NCBI GenBank assembly: GCA_005223125.1
Contig: NJBH01000002.1
Coordinates: 1 to 64,000 of the forward strand
Length of the DNA stretch: 64,000 nucleotides
Reading direction: 5' to 3'
Source: Promethearchaeota archaeon Loki_b32
GTDB taxonomy: Archaea > Asgardarchaeota > Lokiarchaeia > Sigyniarchaeales > SOKP01
The translations under genes and the position numbers were made by a program. Shown piece after piece: positions 62,353 to 64,000 of the stretch. The first letter of the stretch is position 1; the number at the start of each line of letters is the position of its first letter. A model generated the notes under the pieces. It had not been told where the DNA came from, made no database searches, and was given only the letters and a program-made list of their open reading frames with translations.

Positions 62353-62411
62353 CTTATATTGAATGTTTAATTTGAAAGTTCATCTTAAATAAAAAAATTT
62401 GAATTTTTGTT

Positions 62412-63446
62412 ATGTCATCAAGAAAACCACTAAAACAGTTAATAAGTGAACATAAGAAAACTATAATATTAGCTCTTATAATTATAGCTGGAGGATCTAT
62501 TGGAACATTTTTCGCTATTGATTATTTAAATGCGCAAAATCCCGAAAAAATTACACTAGCAACTACAACATCGACGTATGATTCAGGATTATTGGATTTT
62601 TTACTTCCAAAATTTACTGAGCAAACGGGAATTCAAATTAAAGTGTTATCAGTAGGAACTGGTACTGCGATACAATATGGTAAAGACGGTAATGCAGATG
62701 TAATTCTAGTTCATTCAAGATCTAGAGAAGATGATTTTATTAATGCCAGTCTTGGCGTTGCCGGAGTACCATACGGAATACATCGGGCATGTATTATGTT
62801 CAATGATTTTATAATAGTTGGCCATTCTTCTAATCCAGCGAATTTACAAACAGGTGATAACATAACTAAGGTTATGATAAAATTAAGAGATGCAATGGAT
62901 ACTGGTAATATGACGTTTTACTCAAGAGGAGATGATTCCGGGACTCATTCGAAAGAAAAAACATTATGGGCGGAAATTGGGATTATTGTAGAAACAAGAT
63001 GGGTTGGACAACCAGATAGATATACAGAAACAGGACAAGGAATGGCAGCAACTTTATTAATGACTTGGGAAGATGTTGATGCGGCTCATGAAGGATATAC
63101 TATCGTAGATAGAGGTACATGGTTCTCCTTCAATGAGACTTACACATCATTGAAAATTTTGGCAGAATCTATTATCGGTGAGGATTTATTACTTAATCCT
63201 TACGGAGTTATCCCTGTGAATCCCGTATTACATCCACATGTAAAATATCTCTCAGTTTCCCGATTTATTGGCTTTTTAACATCTCCTTACGGTCAAGCCT
63301 TAATTAATGCATATAGGAAAAATAATGCTGTTTTATTTCATGCTAATTTTGGAATATGCGATGTTAATAGCAGTTGTCCAACTACAGATGATGAAATTGC
63401 AATATGGACACCCTTTCAAGCAGAATTTGCAGGTTTAACAGTTTAA
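62412..63446 (+). CDS. tupA: Tungstate ABC transporter substrate-binding protein
   Basis: ATTTSTYDSGLL, GTG.A, SRGDDSGTH, GQGM, DRGT, NPY. Confidence 0.92.
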   Translation: MSSRKPLKQLISEHKKTIILALIIIAGGSIGTFFAIDYLNAQNPEKITLATTTSTYDSGLLDFLLPKFTEQTGIQIKVLSVGTGTAIQYGKDGNADVILVHSRSREDDFINASLGVAGVPYGIHRACIMFNDFIIVGHSSNPANLQTGDNITKVMIKLRDAMDTGNMTFYSRGDDSGTHSKEKTLWAEIGIIVETRWVGQPDRYTETGQGMAATLLMTWEDVDAAHEGYTIVDRGTWFSFNETYTSLKILAESIIGEDLLLNPYGVIPVNPVLHPHVKYLSVSRFIGFLTSPYGQALINAYRKNNAVLFHANFGICDVNSSCPTTDDEIAIWTPFQAEFAGLTV

Positions 63447-63504
63447 AGAATATAATAACAAAATATTTTATTTTTGATTTGAAAAAGAAATTAAAGACGA
63501 AAAA

Positions 63505-64000
63505 ATGGCAAATGAAATAATAGAAGGAATATTAGAAGCAATACGTTTAATATTTACATTTGATCCAGAAGTGTGGGGTATTATTGAAGTTTCTTTCCGA
63601 GTTTCATTAACTTCTACGTTTCTAGCAGCTTTAGTAGCATTACCAATTGGTTCATTTATTGGTTTGAGGAAATTCAAAGGAAAAAGGGGGGTAACAAATC
63701 TAATTAATACATTTATGGGATTCCCTCCAGTAGTTATGGGATTAATCGTTTATTTATTACTCTCTCGAAATGGACCATTCGGGACTCTAGGTTTATTATA
63801 CTCTACAACAGCTATGATAGTTGCTCAGTTTCTTCTAGCAGTACCTATTATAACGGGTACAGCAAAGGCAGCTATTGAAAGTGTCGATCCTGCTTTAAAA
63901 GAAACGGTACTTTCTTTAGGGGCAAATGAGCGCCAGTTATGGTGGGAATTAATAAAACATTCAAAAAAATCTATAATAGCGGGATTTCTCGTAGCGTTTG
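63505..64000 (+). CDS. tupB: Tungstate ABC transporter permease (partial, runs off the window)
   Basis: Manual translation: MANEIIEG...NTFMGFPPVVMGLIVYLLLSRNGPFG...AMIVAQ. Confidence 0.9.
   Translation, partial: MANEIIEGILEAIRLIFTFDPEVWGIIEVSFRVSLTSTFLAALVALPIGSFIGLRKFKGKRGVTNLINTFMGFPPVVMGLIVYLLLSRNGPFGTLGLLYSTTAMIVAQFLLAVPIITGTAKAAIESVDPALKETVLSLGANERQLWWELIKHSKKSIIAGFLVAF

Noticed and set aside
1-64000. CRISPR arrays, rRNA, IS elements, prophage
   Set aside because: No regularly spaced repeats, rRNA-like segments, transposases or viral hallmark genes seen.

Overview
AT-rich archaeal chromosomal window, most consistent with an Asgard archaeon (Lokiarchaeia-like). This is inferred from gene content: a Roadblock-Rab GTPase fusion, stand-alone roadblock and longin proteins, a gelsolin-domain protein, archaeal isoprenoid genes and an intron-less tRNA-Leu without CCA. 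Left to right: three paralogous or related surface glycoproteins; SDR; three toxin-antitoxin pairs; a GCS2-like carboxylate-amine ligase and amidohydrolase neighbourhood; a nearly complete archaeal mevalonate/prenyl-diphosphate cluster (about 20-33 kb); GH38; two orphan DNA methyltransferases; two tandem 7TM-longin fusions; gelsolin/DedA; tRNA-Leu(CAG); a P1B ATPase; a kinase plus coiled-coil/winged-helix pair; and tupAB with a ModE-like box. Top finding: the hypothetical gene at 39126-39989 (-) extends upstream through an in-frame TGA to an ATA codon behind a strong Shine-Dalgarno. A eukaryote-type SECIS-like hairpin starts a few nt after its stop. It is a candidate new selenoprotein directly downstream of a Roadblock-Rab GTPase. 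All calls come from manual motif reading; no searches were run.
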